This document shows positions 18,089 through 25,561 of a DNA stretch of 31,759 nt, piece by piece (position 1 is the stretch's first letter; each line of letters starts with the position of its first letter). Below the pieces are notes generated by a model, which saw nothing but the letters and a program-made list of their open reading frames with translations, was not told the origin of the DNA and did not search any database. Both the position numbers and the translations under genes were made by a program. Origin of the DNA: a virus (lineage: Duplodnaviria; Caudoviricetes); the IMG/VR virus record IMGVR_UViG_3300030047_000088, positions 1-31,759 of that record. One strand, written 5' to 3'.

Positions 18089-18994
18089 CTATAAATCAGC
18101 AATAGACAAGTTATTTTGGATTATGTCAACAAACACCTGCTTTATCTTTTTACCGCAAATCCTTTTCAGTGTATCGTAATCAATCTTTTTTGCTTTGTTG
18201 GCAATTTCCCACGCTTCTTCGGTTATTAAATCGTGATAAACAGTTCCAATAATTCGGGGAATATGTTTCATATCAAGTTTTTCATTGATTTCCGGTTGCA
18301 ATTTGTTCATTATCTTTTGAACACGTGGAACATCAATATACTTATTACAGATATACATCTCCCAATAACAATCCGAATGTTTATTATTGCCACCAAAAAT
18401 AATTCCATTGTCTTCTTTAAAATCTTCCCGGACAAGTTTTGCATAACACATATCACCGAAAGTATTTTTAAAACTCATATTACGAATAACAATACCCTCT
18501 TTCTTTTCACCTAAAGTAGAAGCTCCTTCCAACATTTTATTTAATTGCTCCACTGTTGGATTATTAATAGAACCCATATCTGGAACTGTGTCAATACCAT
18601 ATTCTTTTCCTACTCCTTGCACAATTTCTTGATTAAAGAATCCTAAATCTTCTTGGTAAATATCAAATAAGTAAAACTTTTTATAAGCCATATTATTATA
18701 GCTTAGTGTGTGTCGGACAAGCCACTCACCATACAATCTAAAATTTGGATGTTCAGTTAATAGTTTTTTGATTCCTTCGTGAGCATTACAGTAATGAACA
18801 GCACCATTGAATTCGTTTCCGTTTTTAGTTAAGTCATTATTACGAGACCCTACACGGACTTCTCCACCATCTCCAAGCCACACTGATAGGTTTGCACCAT
18901 CAATTTTCTCGGTTATAGAACAAGTCCCGGATAGTATTCCTTCGACTTCTTCCTTTCCTAGTCTATGTATTTTTTCATATTTTCTAAATTGCAT
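18089..18994 (-). CDS. ATP-dependent RNA ligase (Rnl2-like)
   Basis: Motif I EKIDGAN, LYGEW, FYLFDI, EGIVIR, YAKLV. Confidence 0.9.
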   Translation of the reverse strand: MQFRKYEKIHRLGKEEVEGILSGTCSITEKIDGANLSVWLGDGGEVRVGSRNNDLTKNGNEFNGAVHYCNAHEGIKKLLTEHPNFRLYGEWLVRHTLSYNNMAYKKFYLFDIYQEDLGFFNQEIVQGVGKEYGIDTVPDMGSINNPTVEQLNKMLEGASTLGEKKEGIVIRNMSFKNTFGDMCYAKLVREDFKEDNGIIFGGNNKHSDCYWEMYICNKYIDVPRVQKIMNKLQPEINEKLDMKHIPRIIGTVYHDLITEEAWEIANKAKKIDYDTLKRICGKKIKQVFVDIIQNNLSIADL

Positions 18995-19220
18995 TTTTTT
19001 TGACTAGCATTTTATTAATGGCATCTTTACCTTTTTGTTTATCGAGCCACTTTTGAATCTTAACTTTTTTTGCTTCAAGTTTTCTATCTTTAACACCTTG
19101 ACTTGCAAACTTTCCCGGTTTAGCATTTCTCTTGTCTGCCTTTTGTTTTGCAAAAGTAGAACGAGTAGTTTCACCGTGAAGTGTTTTGAATCTATCATTT
19201 TTATGTTTACGTATTGACAT
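18984..19220 (-). CDS. Small highly basic protein
   Basis: 78 aa, K/R-rich, overlaps both neighbours. Confidence 0.6.
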   Translation of the reverse strand: MSIRKHKNDRFKTLHGETTRSTFAKQKADKRNAKPGKFASQGVKDRKLEAKKVKIQKWLDKQKGKDAINKMLVKKNAI

Positions 19221-19579
19221 TATGATGCTTTTATTTCATTATTAAGACCCCGACCAAGAGCCTTAGCCATGTTAACCATCTCATAAACAAGCTCCATGAA
19301 CATCTTTGTTTTTTGCCATTCTTTATATGAATCTTGTGCTTTCGCATGAGTTTCACAGTAAGCAGATGAATTTCTTTTGTCTCCTTGATATTCGTCTGAT
19401 AGTTTTGCTTCAAATTTCCTATAAAGTGATTCTTGCTCGATTGAGTAAATGATTAATTCCGGGATATACTCTAATAGAGCTTCACCATTAGTCATTAAAG
19501 TAAGATAGTCATTTTCACGTCTAGCTTTTTTTTGAGCTTGGATAATTTTGTCTATTGTTTTGTATATTGAATCAATCAT
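19220..19579 (-). CDS. Hypothetical helical protein
   Basis: 119 aa, all-helical character. Confidence 0.65.
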   Translation of the reverse strand: MIDSIYKTIDKIIQAQKKARRENDYLTLMTNGEALLEYIPELIIYSIEQESLYRKFEAKLSDEYQGDKRNSSAYCETHAKAQDSYKEWQKTKMFMELVYEMVNMAKALGRGLNNEIKAS

Positions 19580-19605
19580 AAATTTACATTAATTTATTAG
19601 TTAAT

Positions 19606-19968
19606 TTATAATTTAGCTCCACAATTAGAACATTTTGTAATAATTGGTTTAACGGTGCTTTCTTCTTGAGCAACAGCATATCCGTCAGTTGTATCAAAAA
19701 CTAAATAGTAATAAGTTTTCCTTTTTTTATTTAATGCACACTTAACTATCTCACCAATGGAATTACTTTTTATTAGTGGAAACAACTCAACAATTTCACC
19801 AACCTTAAACTTGGGCTCTATGAATTCAACAAGGTATTGTTCATTAATCCAACCTTTCTTTTTATTTTCGTCTTTTATAAGGTATCTACCGTCTCTTATT
19901 TTGTTAACAAAGGCATATAATCCAAATTTAGGTAGATACACTTTTTGATTTACTTGAAATTTAGTCAT
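19606..19968 (-). CDS. Hypothetical protein with tandem SH3/KOW-like units
   Basis: KFQVNQKV and KFKVGEIV repeats; C-terminal CSNCG. Confidence 0.6.
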   Translation of the reverse strand: MTKFQVNQKVYLPKFGLYAFVNKIRDGRYLIKDENKKKGWINEQYLVEFIEPKFKVGEIVELFPLIKSNSIGEIVKCALNKKRKTYYYLVFDTTDGYAVAQEESTVKPIITKCSNCGAKL

Positions 19969-19986
19969 AATTTTATTAGTTATTTA

Positions 19987-20415
19987 TTAAAAAGGGATGT
20001 CTTCTGGGTCTATTTCTTCTTCTGGATATTCTATTCCATCAGAAGGAACAGCTCCTTGAGCTCCTATTTTTTTAACTGAACCATCTTCTTGCATTTCCCA
20101 ACCCTCACCGACTAAGTATATGATGTCTCGGAACTTTCCAGAAACGTTCATCTTAATAACTGTAACATTTACCTTTTTTCCAACCCATTTAGCTGAATCA
20201 TCTCCATAAGCATCAATCAAATTATTTAGAGATGTCTGATTAAATGACAATAGTTTTTCTCCATTCTTTGTCTTGACGGTGTAGACTTGTCTATCACCAT
20301 ATTCTCCGGACACAATCTTTGCATCTGTTAGAATTTCTAGAACATCACCGTTATTAATATCTACTTTAACTTTAGCCCATTCTCCACTTATTGACACTTT
20401 CTTTTTTTGTTGCAT
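19987..20415 (-). CDS. Single-stranded DNA-binding protein (phage type)
   Basis: Beta-rich body, N.T....L..AYG.D...W.GK, acidic tail EEIDPEDIPF. Confidence 0.75.
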   Translation of the reverse strand: MQQKKKVSISGEWAKVKVDINNGDVLEILTDAKIVSGEYGDRQVYTVKTKNGEKLLSFNQTSLNNLIDAYGDDSAKWVGKKVNVTVIKMNVSGKFRDIIYLVGEGWEMQEDGSVKKIGAQGAVPSDGIEYPEEEIDPEDIPF

Positions 20416-20433
20416 AATATTATTTATTAATTA

Positions 20434-21306
20434 TTAATGAGTTGTATTTTTATACAACACTACACAAGCTCTAAAACATTCTTTAAGGGTTTCGACATCA
20501 CCCCGAATGTCTACTTTAAATTCTTCTGAACCGAAAGGAATTATTCCATAAAAACTAATCGGTTTAGGAAGTGTGAACGTTTTTAATCCGTCTTTGGTAA
20601 ATCCTCCGTTCTCTGTAATTTGTATATCATAACCGGAACATTGGATAAATTGACTGTCAAAACTGTCTTTAGAGGACTTAAAATCTATGATGCCGACTCT
20701 ACCATCCTTTAAAAGAACACCAACATCCGATATTCCTCCAACCCATAATGTCTCACTAAAACAATGTATTTCAGACCATAAGAACTTTTCTACATTTTCA
20801 ACACACCAACTAGAGAAGTAAACTAATCTTTTATCAGAAACTTTTTTAAGTTCTTCGGTCATCATCATCGGAACTGCATTATTATTGGAGAAACATAACT
20901 TAACATAATCCTCCATCAATTTGTGCATATCCGTTCCTTTATCTGCCTTATCATTCTTGTCATTAAAGTGTGCGAATCGTGCTTTCTTAAAGATTGGATA
21001 TTTCTTTTGAAGTGCATCTATCCCCGGTTTACCTTTCTTTTTAGCTTCTAGATATTCTTCACGGATTGTCGGGATTAATTCTCCGGCTTCAAGACATTCC
21101 ACAGCAGATAATTCTGAAGCCCACCAAGTTAAATTCTTTGCTAGGACTCCTACTACTGTTGAAGTTCCCAAAAGTGGCTTATCTCTAAAAGTATGTAGAT
21201 GAGCATTTTTTTCATCTGTATACTTGTAGTCCTTTGGTTCGGATGCTTCTAGTTCTGCATTTGCGAACCTATTTATTTCTTCTAACTCGTCTTTTATCTT
21301 ACTCAT
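20434..21306 (-). CDS. PD-(D/E)XK exonuclease
   Basis: GTDMH, SE, GGISD, IIDFKSS, QCSGY. Confidence 0.85.
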   Translation of the reverse strand: MSKIKDELEEINRFANAELEASEPKDYKYTDEKNAHLHTFRDKPLLGTSTVVGVLAKNLTWWASELSAVECLEAGELIPTIREEYLEAKKKGKPGIDALQKKYPIFKKARFAHFNDKNDKADKGTDMHKLMEDYVKLCFSNNNAVPMMMTEELKKVSDKRLVYFSSWCVENVEKFLWSEIHCFSETLWVGGISDVGVLLKDGRVGIIDFKSSKDSFDSQFIQCSGYDIQITENGGFTKDGLKTFTLPKPISFYGIIPFGSEEFKVDIRGDVETLKECFRACVVLYKNTTH

Positions 21307-21451
21307 ATATTGTTCTTGTTGTTATTTTAATGTATTTAGATTGTGCTTGATGCCAACCCATTGATATTAAATATGAAACATTATAAACTACCATATAAAA
21401 CAACAACCAAGCCAGAACACCAATACCAAATCATTCTAAAAATGAAATCAT
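21299..21451 (-). pseudogene. Small membrane-protein ORF with in-frame TGA at codon 7
   Basis: MISFLE*FGIGVLAWLLFYMVVYNVSYLISMGWHQAQSKYIKITTRTIYE; exactly fills the operon gap. Confidence 0.5.
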
Positions 21452-21454
21452 ATC

Positions 21455-21886
21455 TTATTGAAACTGTGCCGAACATTCCGGACACATATTTCCATTTAAC
21501 TTATAATGTTCACGACTATTTTTAAAATCATTATCACACAAGAAACAAACATCTTTAACTCTTTTTTCCCAACCCACACACGACTTACACAATGTCTCTG
21601 AAAACTTATTACTATCTATTTCTGTTTCTAAAAACTCTCTTATCGCTTGTTTACTTGTATACTGTATCAAATCTTCATCCCTCTTTTGTTCTTTAGTGTC
21701 GTATGAGTAAAATTTTCTTTCACCATCATGTAATAATACTTCACACATTTCACAAGGAACAAGGTCTAGACATTCTGAACACTTTTTATTTACCAAACAA
21801 TCTGTCATCTTACCACACTGAATACAATAATTTAATTCTCTAAAATCACTTGGAGATAAAACTAATCCTGTTGCTTTTTTAATCAT
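21455..21886 (-). CDS. Cys-rich multi-zinc-finger protein
   Basis: Six CxxC pairs; likely start ATG 21886. Confidence 0.7.
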   Translation of the reverse strand: MIKKATGLVLSPSDFRELNYCIQCGKMTDCLVNKKCSECLDLVPCEMCEVLLHDGERKFYSYDTKEQKRDEDLIQYTSKQAIREFLETEIDSNKFSETLCKSCVGWEKRVKDVCFLCDNDFKNSREHYKLNGNMCPECSAQFQ

Positions 21887-21986
21887 AGTCTTCATCTTCA
21901 TTAAAATCATCATCGACCAAATCTTCTTGTTCGTCTATTGAATCTTGACGACACAATGGACAATCTTCTGGACAATTCCAAGGCAT
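21879..21986 (-). CDS. Tiny acidic Cys-containing protein (35 aa)
   Basis: Manual: MPWNCPEDCPLCRQDSIDEQEDLVDDDFNEDEDYD. Confidence 0.55.
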   Translation of the reverse strand: MPWNCPEDCPLCRQDSIDEQEDLVDDDFNEDEDYD

Positions 21987-22006
21987 TTTAATTCAGAGCT
22001 TTTTAG

Positions 22007-22080
22007 TTGAAACACAGATGGGGATAATCCCCTTATGGTATGCAGAGGTCGAATTGCGATTACCCTCATCCATGTTTCAA
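22007..22080 (-). ncRNA. Structured 5' leader (three-way junction)
   Basis: 14-bp stem TTGAAACATGGATG/CATCTGTGTTTCAA (G-U pairs fit the minus strand) enclosing two hairpins. Confidence 0.6.
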
Positions 22081-22094
22081 TTTACTCTAAATAG

Positions 22095-22141
22095 AGTATA
22101 GCAAATTTTTATTCTATTGTAAAGTGCTTACCTGTGGATAA
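22095..22141 (-). promoter_or_regulatory. Sigma70-like promoter plus DnaA box
   Basis: TTATCCACA (22133-22141); TTTACA-17-TATACT. Confidence 0.75.
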
Positions 22142-22142
22142 C

Positions 22143-22346
22143 TTATCCAAACACAGAATCTTCATCGTTGTCAACTTTATATGGATGTAGGTATTTATCA
22201 AACTGTTCATGTAAACTAAAAAGTATATCTACTAGTTCATGCTTCCTATTAGAAACTGCTTTAGGTTCTCCGGTAATAACAATTTCTTTATTAACGAAGT
22301 CTAGTAATGCACTTCTAATTTTTACTTCTTGTTTTTCTGTTGACAT
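22143..22346 (-). CDS. Hypothetical protein
   Basis: 67 aa directly after the structured RNA. Confidence 0.6.
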   Translation of the reverse strand: MSTEKQEVKIRSALLDFVNKEIVITGEPKAVSNRKHELVDILFSLHEQFDKYLHPYKVDNDEDSVFG

Positions 22347-22678
22347 AATATTCTAAGTTATGGGTCGGGATTATGTTTTCCCGAAAGTTGGTTTAGGATT
22401 GGCAAGTTTATTTTTGTAGCTACTTGAACATCCTGTGTTCATTCACTAGAGCTTTCCACCCTAAGAGGAATCTTACTCAAAATCACAAGCGTATCAGAAC
22501 CAAAGTGCACGATGGCTCTTAATACCCGTTTGTGTGATTGTCTGATTTGCACAGACACGTTGCTGAAGTGCATTTAATAGTATTTCCCAACTACTTCCAC
22601 TTTAAGCCCACTTAAAGAAGAATAGTTTATCTCCCTTCACAGAGATTATTCACTCACCCATAACTTAACATATTATGT
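22343..22678 (-). ncRNA. Large unassigned structured RNA/leader
   Basis: Perfect 12-bp closing stem TAAGTTATGGGT/ACCCATAACTTA plus 8-bp extension; many internal hairpins; no ORF of 60 aa or more. Confidence 0.7.
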
Positions 22679-22756
22679 TTTAATGAACTAAATTCTAGAC
22701 ACGCATATCGACCACTACATATCTAGAATTAAATTCACTAAATCTCTAACATATTT

Positions 22757-22801
22757 AGTATAGCACATAATAAAAATTGATTACCCACTACCTGTGGATA
22801 A
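22757..22801 (-). promoter_or_regulatory. Motif promoter plus DnaA box upstream of the structured RNA
   Basis: TTATCCACA (22793-22801); AATTTT-N6-GTGCTATACT. Confidence 0.75.
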
Positions 22802-22829
22802 CTTTTAAGCCTTATATTATAATGGTTAT

Positions 22830-23456
22830 TTACCAACTTAGAAGTAATAGAGCATCCTTCTTCATTTCGCAATTTTCTGGAAGTTTTATTTTTGTGTAAT
22901 CGAATGGCTTAGTTATTAAGTGCCATCCATTTTTTGTTGGATAGTGTTTTACAATTAATTCATTAGGAATAGCTTGTAGTGCTTCTCCATCAATATCCCT
23001 TCCTTCAATATTATCAATATCAAATAAAAATAAAGATGTTGCTCTTTGCGGTGGTTGCATTAAACATCCTACGAATCTATTTTTTAAATCTAAATAAAAA
23101 TTTTCCTTTTGAACTTGGTCGTAATAATCTGCTTCAAGTTGTTCAAACTTAAATTGACGAATTGCCTTATTAAAATTTCTTTCATTTACTGCGGAGTAAA
23201 TTCTCATAGGAAGTTCAGAAGACATTTGTTCATCGAATAAAGATTTTAGAGCTTCAAACCACTCGTCAGAATTCCTAGTAATTATTTTTCTTAATTTAGT
23301 ATTATTTACTTCTCCACCCTCTTTGTGTCTTTGAATTAAAAACATCACCCTATATCCAGTAGAGAAATTTTTAAACTCATCAAAAATATGTTGTGCTCTT
23401 TTTAGTTTTTCTTCCTCAAAACTAATTGGAGATTTTACTTTGTCCCAAGTTTTCAT
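22830..23456 (-). CDS. Putative AEP (archaeo-eukaryotic primase) superfamily protein
   Basis: FLFDID (DxD) and TKNGWHLI (motif II-like His), PFD. Confidence 0.5.
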   Translation of the reverse strand: MKTWDKVKSPISFEEEKLKRAQHIFDEFKNFSTGYRVMFLIQRHKEGGEVNNTKLRKIITRNSDEWFEALKSLFDEQMSSELPMRIYSAVNERNFNKAIRQFKFEQLEADYYDQVQKENFYLDLKNRFVGCLMQPPQRATSLFLFDIDNIEGRDIDGEALQAIPNELIVKHYPTKNGWHLITKPFDYTKIKLPENCEMKKDALLLLSW

Positions 23457-23617
23457 TTTTTTATTTCCTTTTCTAACTCATAAATAATAAAATTCTTAAA
23501 ATCAATCGGATGTCTTCTTAGTGGTGATTCTTCTGTTATAAATCTAAGATACATTTCTTCTACAAACTTTACCCTACTTTCTAGTAACTCTTTTGCTATG
23601 GTGTTGATGATAGTCAT
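23453..23617 (-). CDS. Hypothetical protein (54 aa)
   Basis: Manual: MTIINTIAKELLESRVKF...; ATGA overlap with the next gene. Confidence 0.55.
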   Translation of the reverse strand: MTIINTIAKELLESRVKFVEEMYLRFITEESPLRRHPIDFKNFIIYELEKEIKK

Positions 23618-23815
23618 TCTGTGTTATGTTATTGTTAATTTTTTCTGTGTTGAGTTTGAGGTTTTTGGGACTTCCCCCCAAACCCCCCATTATTTTAAAA
23701 AAGAAAAATGAAAGTTTTGGAGAAGCATTTTCTCTGTGTTCGAGAATCGGCTTCTGTTTACTTAGAACTGGACTATATTTACATCGCTTCCAGTTATACC
23801 CCCAGCGATTAAAAG

Positions 23816-23904
23816 ATTATAGCACACCAAAAAAATTGTTTTAAAGAAAAAAACATTATAAAGGGGGATAACTTTTTTGTCAAATTTTAAAAGTGTGCTA
23901 TACT
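23816..23904. promoter_or_regulatory. Back-to-back divergent motif promoters
   Basis: Minus 23816-23837 AATTTT-N6-GTGCTATAAT; plus 23883-23904 AATTTT-N6-GTGCTATACT. Confidence 0.75.
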
Positions 23905-23929
23905 TAATACGAAGTTCATCGAGGTGTGC

Positions 23930-24098
23930 TATGAAGGTAACTTGTTCTAATTGCAGAACAGATGTTCCAGACGAACCGAAGATTTCAATAACGGTTCACA
24001 ATGGAAAAGTTGTTACACGTCAGTGCCCTTGCTGTCATCGTGCAGTTACGGTGATTGAGGAGGGACTACCCGCTAGAGAGGAGGTGGTCTGTATCTAA
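23930..24098 (+). CDS. Small zinc-ribbon protein
   Basis: MKVTCSNC...QCPCC; GAGGT Shine-Dalgarno upstream; start approximate (ATG 23931). Confidence 0.6.
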
Positions 24099-24145
24099 GA
24101 GCCATTTGGCTCGAATAGGATTATAACTCCTAGATTTGGGGGGAC

Positions 24146-24191
24146 TTATCCACAGTCTCCCCTTTCTTTAATTTTATAAATGTGCTATACT
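24146..24191 (+). promoter_or_regulatory. Motif promoter plus DnaA box
   Basis: TTATCCACA (24146-24154); AATTTT-N6-GTGCTATACT; ATG 6 nt later (leaderless-like). Confidence 0.75.
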
Positions 24192-24197
24192 TTTTAC

Positions 24198-24482
24198 ATG
24201 AAGACGATTCAAGAGTTATTACAAGAATACGAAAATAGAAAACCACAAGGAAAAGTTTTATATCCGAGACAAGAGTTAATAAAAAAGTTCGTTGATAAAT
24301 TAAATAGTGATAGAGTAGCAGGAGGGTATAAACCACTCCCGGCATCGTTCTATGCAATTAAAATGTATGATGCAGGATTGAAGTCAGATTTTCTTTTGTG
24401 GTGGTTTTGGGGATATTGTAATGATTCAAAAAGTTTTAGTAAGTGTTGGTGGTGGAGCTTGAATTCTAAATCTGTGTTATAA
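24198..24482 (+). CDS. Hypothetical protein
   Basis: 94 aa from ATG 24198; Trp-rich C-terminus. Confidence 0.65.
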   Translation: MKTIQELLQEYENRKPQGKVLYPRQELIKKFVDKLNSDRVAGGYKPLPASFYAIKMYDAGLKSDFLLWWFWGYCNDSKSFSKCWWWSLNSKSVL

Positions 24483-24483
24483 T
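24462..24483 (+). promoter_or_regulatory. Motif promoter of the tRNA array
   Basis: AATTCT-N6-GTGTTATAAT, 8 nt before tRNA-Ala. Confidence 0.7.
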
Positions 24484-24491
24484 ATATGGAC

Positions 24492-24563
24492 GGGGGATTA
24501 GTGCTAGTGGTAACACATCTGCCTTGCACGTAGAAATCTGGAGTTCGATTCTCCAATTCTCCA
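24492..24563 (+). tRNA. tRNA-Ala(TGC)
   Basis: Cloverleaf; G3:U70; TCTGC-CTTGCAC-GTAGA; TTCGATT. Confidence 0.93.
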
Positions 24564-24566
24564 CAT

Positions 24567-24633
24567 ACACTTTCCGCAGGGCGGTGGCGACTCTCCAAAA
24601 GTTGCTTACATAGTTCGAGTCTATGAGAGTGTG
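24567..24633 (+). tRNA. tRNA-Trp(CCA), compact D-arm
   Basis: ACACTTT/AGAGTGT, G73; CCGC-AGG-GCGG; CGACT-CTCCAAA-AGTTG; CATAG-TTCGAGT-CTATG. Confidence 0.8.
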
Positions 24634-24723
24634 CAACCTTAGTCTTTATGACAAGGCAAGAGAATATTCCACTTTTAGTGGATAAGATGTGTGCACACAC
24701 AAATTATTAATATATTCTCTTAT

Positions 24724-24794
24724 GCAATACAGGTGTTTCGGTAGCATTGGTGTTTTCCAAACATTAGGGGTGAGTTCAACTCTCACGTGTTGCA
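24724..24794 (+). tRNA. tRNA-Gly(TCC)
   Basis: GCAATAC/GTGTTGC; GGTGT-TTTCCAA-ACATT; GTGAG-TTCAACT-CTCAC. Confidence 0.88.
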
Positions 24795-24800
24795 CAAAAT

Positions 24801-24871
24801 CTGGGTAAGTTGTTACGGTAGCATAGGTAACTTGGACTTATCAGGCGGTGGTTCGACTCCACCTACCTAGA
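24801..24871 (+). tRNA. tRNA-Pro(TGG)
   Basis: CTGGGTA/TACCTAG, A73; GGTAA-CTTGGAC-TTATC. Confidence 0.9.
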
Positions 24872-24886
24872 CTTGTTCTTTAAAAT

Positions 24887-24959
24887 TCACGGGTCTTCTA
24901 TCTGGTTAGGAAATCGGACTTTGAATCCGAGAAAGGTGGTTCGAAGCCATCCCTGTGAG
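24887..24959 (+). tRNA. tRNA-Gln(TTG)
   Basis: TCACGGG/CCTGTGA, G73; TCGGA-CTTTGAA-TCCGA. Confidence 0.92.
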
Positions 24960-24963
24960 CATT

Positions 24964-25035
24964 GGGTTGTTAGTTCAGAAGATAGAATAGCGGTCTTCGA
25001 AACCGTTGACGAGGGTGCAATTCCTTCACGACCCA
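24964..25035 (+). tRNA. tRNA-Arg(TCG)
   Basis: GGGTTGT/ACGACCC; GCGGT-CTTCGAA-ACCGT; T-loop TGCAATT. Confidence 0.88.
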
Positions 25036-25040
25036 CACAT

Positions 25041-25113
25041 TCCTCTTTAGCATAATTGGTAATGCACCTAGCTGTTAACTAGGATGATGATGGTTCGAAT
25101 CCATCGGGAGGAG
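25041..25113 (+). tRNA. tRNA-Asn(GTT)
   Basis: TCCTCTT/GGGAGGA, G73; CCTAG-CTGTTAA-CTAGG. Confidence 0.94.
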
Positions 25114-25117
25114 CATT

Positions 25118-25188
25118 GGGGCTATGGTTTAGCGGTAAAACGATTCGCTGTCTACGATTAGTCCGGGGTTCGACTCCCCGTAGTCCCG
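25118..25188 (+). tRNA. tRNA-Asp(GTC)
   Basis: GGGGCTA/TAGTCCC, G73; loop CTGTCTA. Confidence 0.9.
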
Positions 25189-25190
25189 CA

Positions 25191-25255
25191 GATGAAAAGG
25201 AAATAAAAAAGTTTCCGAAGTAGTTAATCGAATGGGTTGATACCCCACGTTCATC
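25191..25255 (+). ncRNA. Non-tRNA structured RNA in the tRNA array
   Basis: GATGAA/TTCATC closing stem; GGAAAT/GTTTCC and TGGG/CCCA hairpins. Confidence 0.5.
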
Positions 25256-25275
25256 GCAAGATGTTATAAAATCAA

Positions 25276-25419
25276 ATGAACCACAAAAGAAAGAAAAATA
25301 AAAAAAGAAAAATTTTACGTATGATGAAAATGTATGGTGGGGGAAAAGGTGCAACCAAACAAAATAAAATTTATTACGGTTTAGATAAATATGGGGATTC
25401 TGGTGTAGTAGAAGCATAA
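25276..25419 (+). CDS. Small basic protein (47 aa) overlapping the tRNA-His 5' end
   Basis: Manual: MNHKRKKNKKRKILRMMKMYGGGKGATKQNKIYYGLDKYGDSGVVEA. Confidence 0.5.
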   Translation: MNHKRKKNKKRKILRMMKMYGGGKGATKQNKIYYGLDKYGDSGVVEA

Positions 25420-25464
25420 TGCTTTGTGAAAGCATCGGGTAGAGTGCAAATCTCTAGCTTCCCA
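25393..25464 (+). tRNA. tRNA-His(GTG), imperfect acceptor stem
   Basis: ATGCT-TTGTGAA-AGCAT; TAGAG/CTCTA; two acceptor mismatches; G-1 opposite A73. Confidence 0.72.
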
Positions 25465-25469
25465 CAATT

Positions 25470-25540
25470 CTCTTTGTAGCTTAGTGGAAAAGCAGTGGAC
25501 TTTTAATCCATCGACGGTAGTCCGATTCTACCCAGAGAGA
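25470..25540 (+). tRNA. tRNA-Lys(TTT)
   Basis: CTCTTTG/CAGAGAG; GTGGA-CTTTTAA-TCCAT; T-loop TCCGATT. Confidence 0.9.
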
Positions 25541-25561
25541 CAAGTTTTTTGAAAAAAGAAT

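Noticed and set aside
22343-22678. tmRNA, RNase P RNA or group II intron identity
   Set aside because: No tRNA-like ends, no GAGGAAAGUCC-type P4 motif, no domain V consensus seen.
23626-23844. Plus-strand 72-aa ORF with PPKPP
   Set aside because: Lies antisense in a structured leader, upstream of the plus-strand promoter; no coding support.
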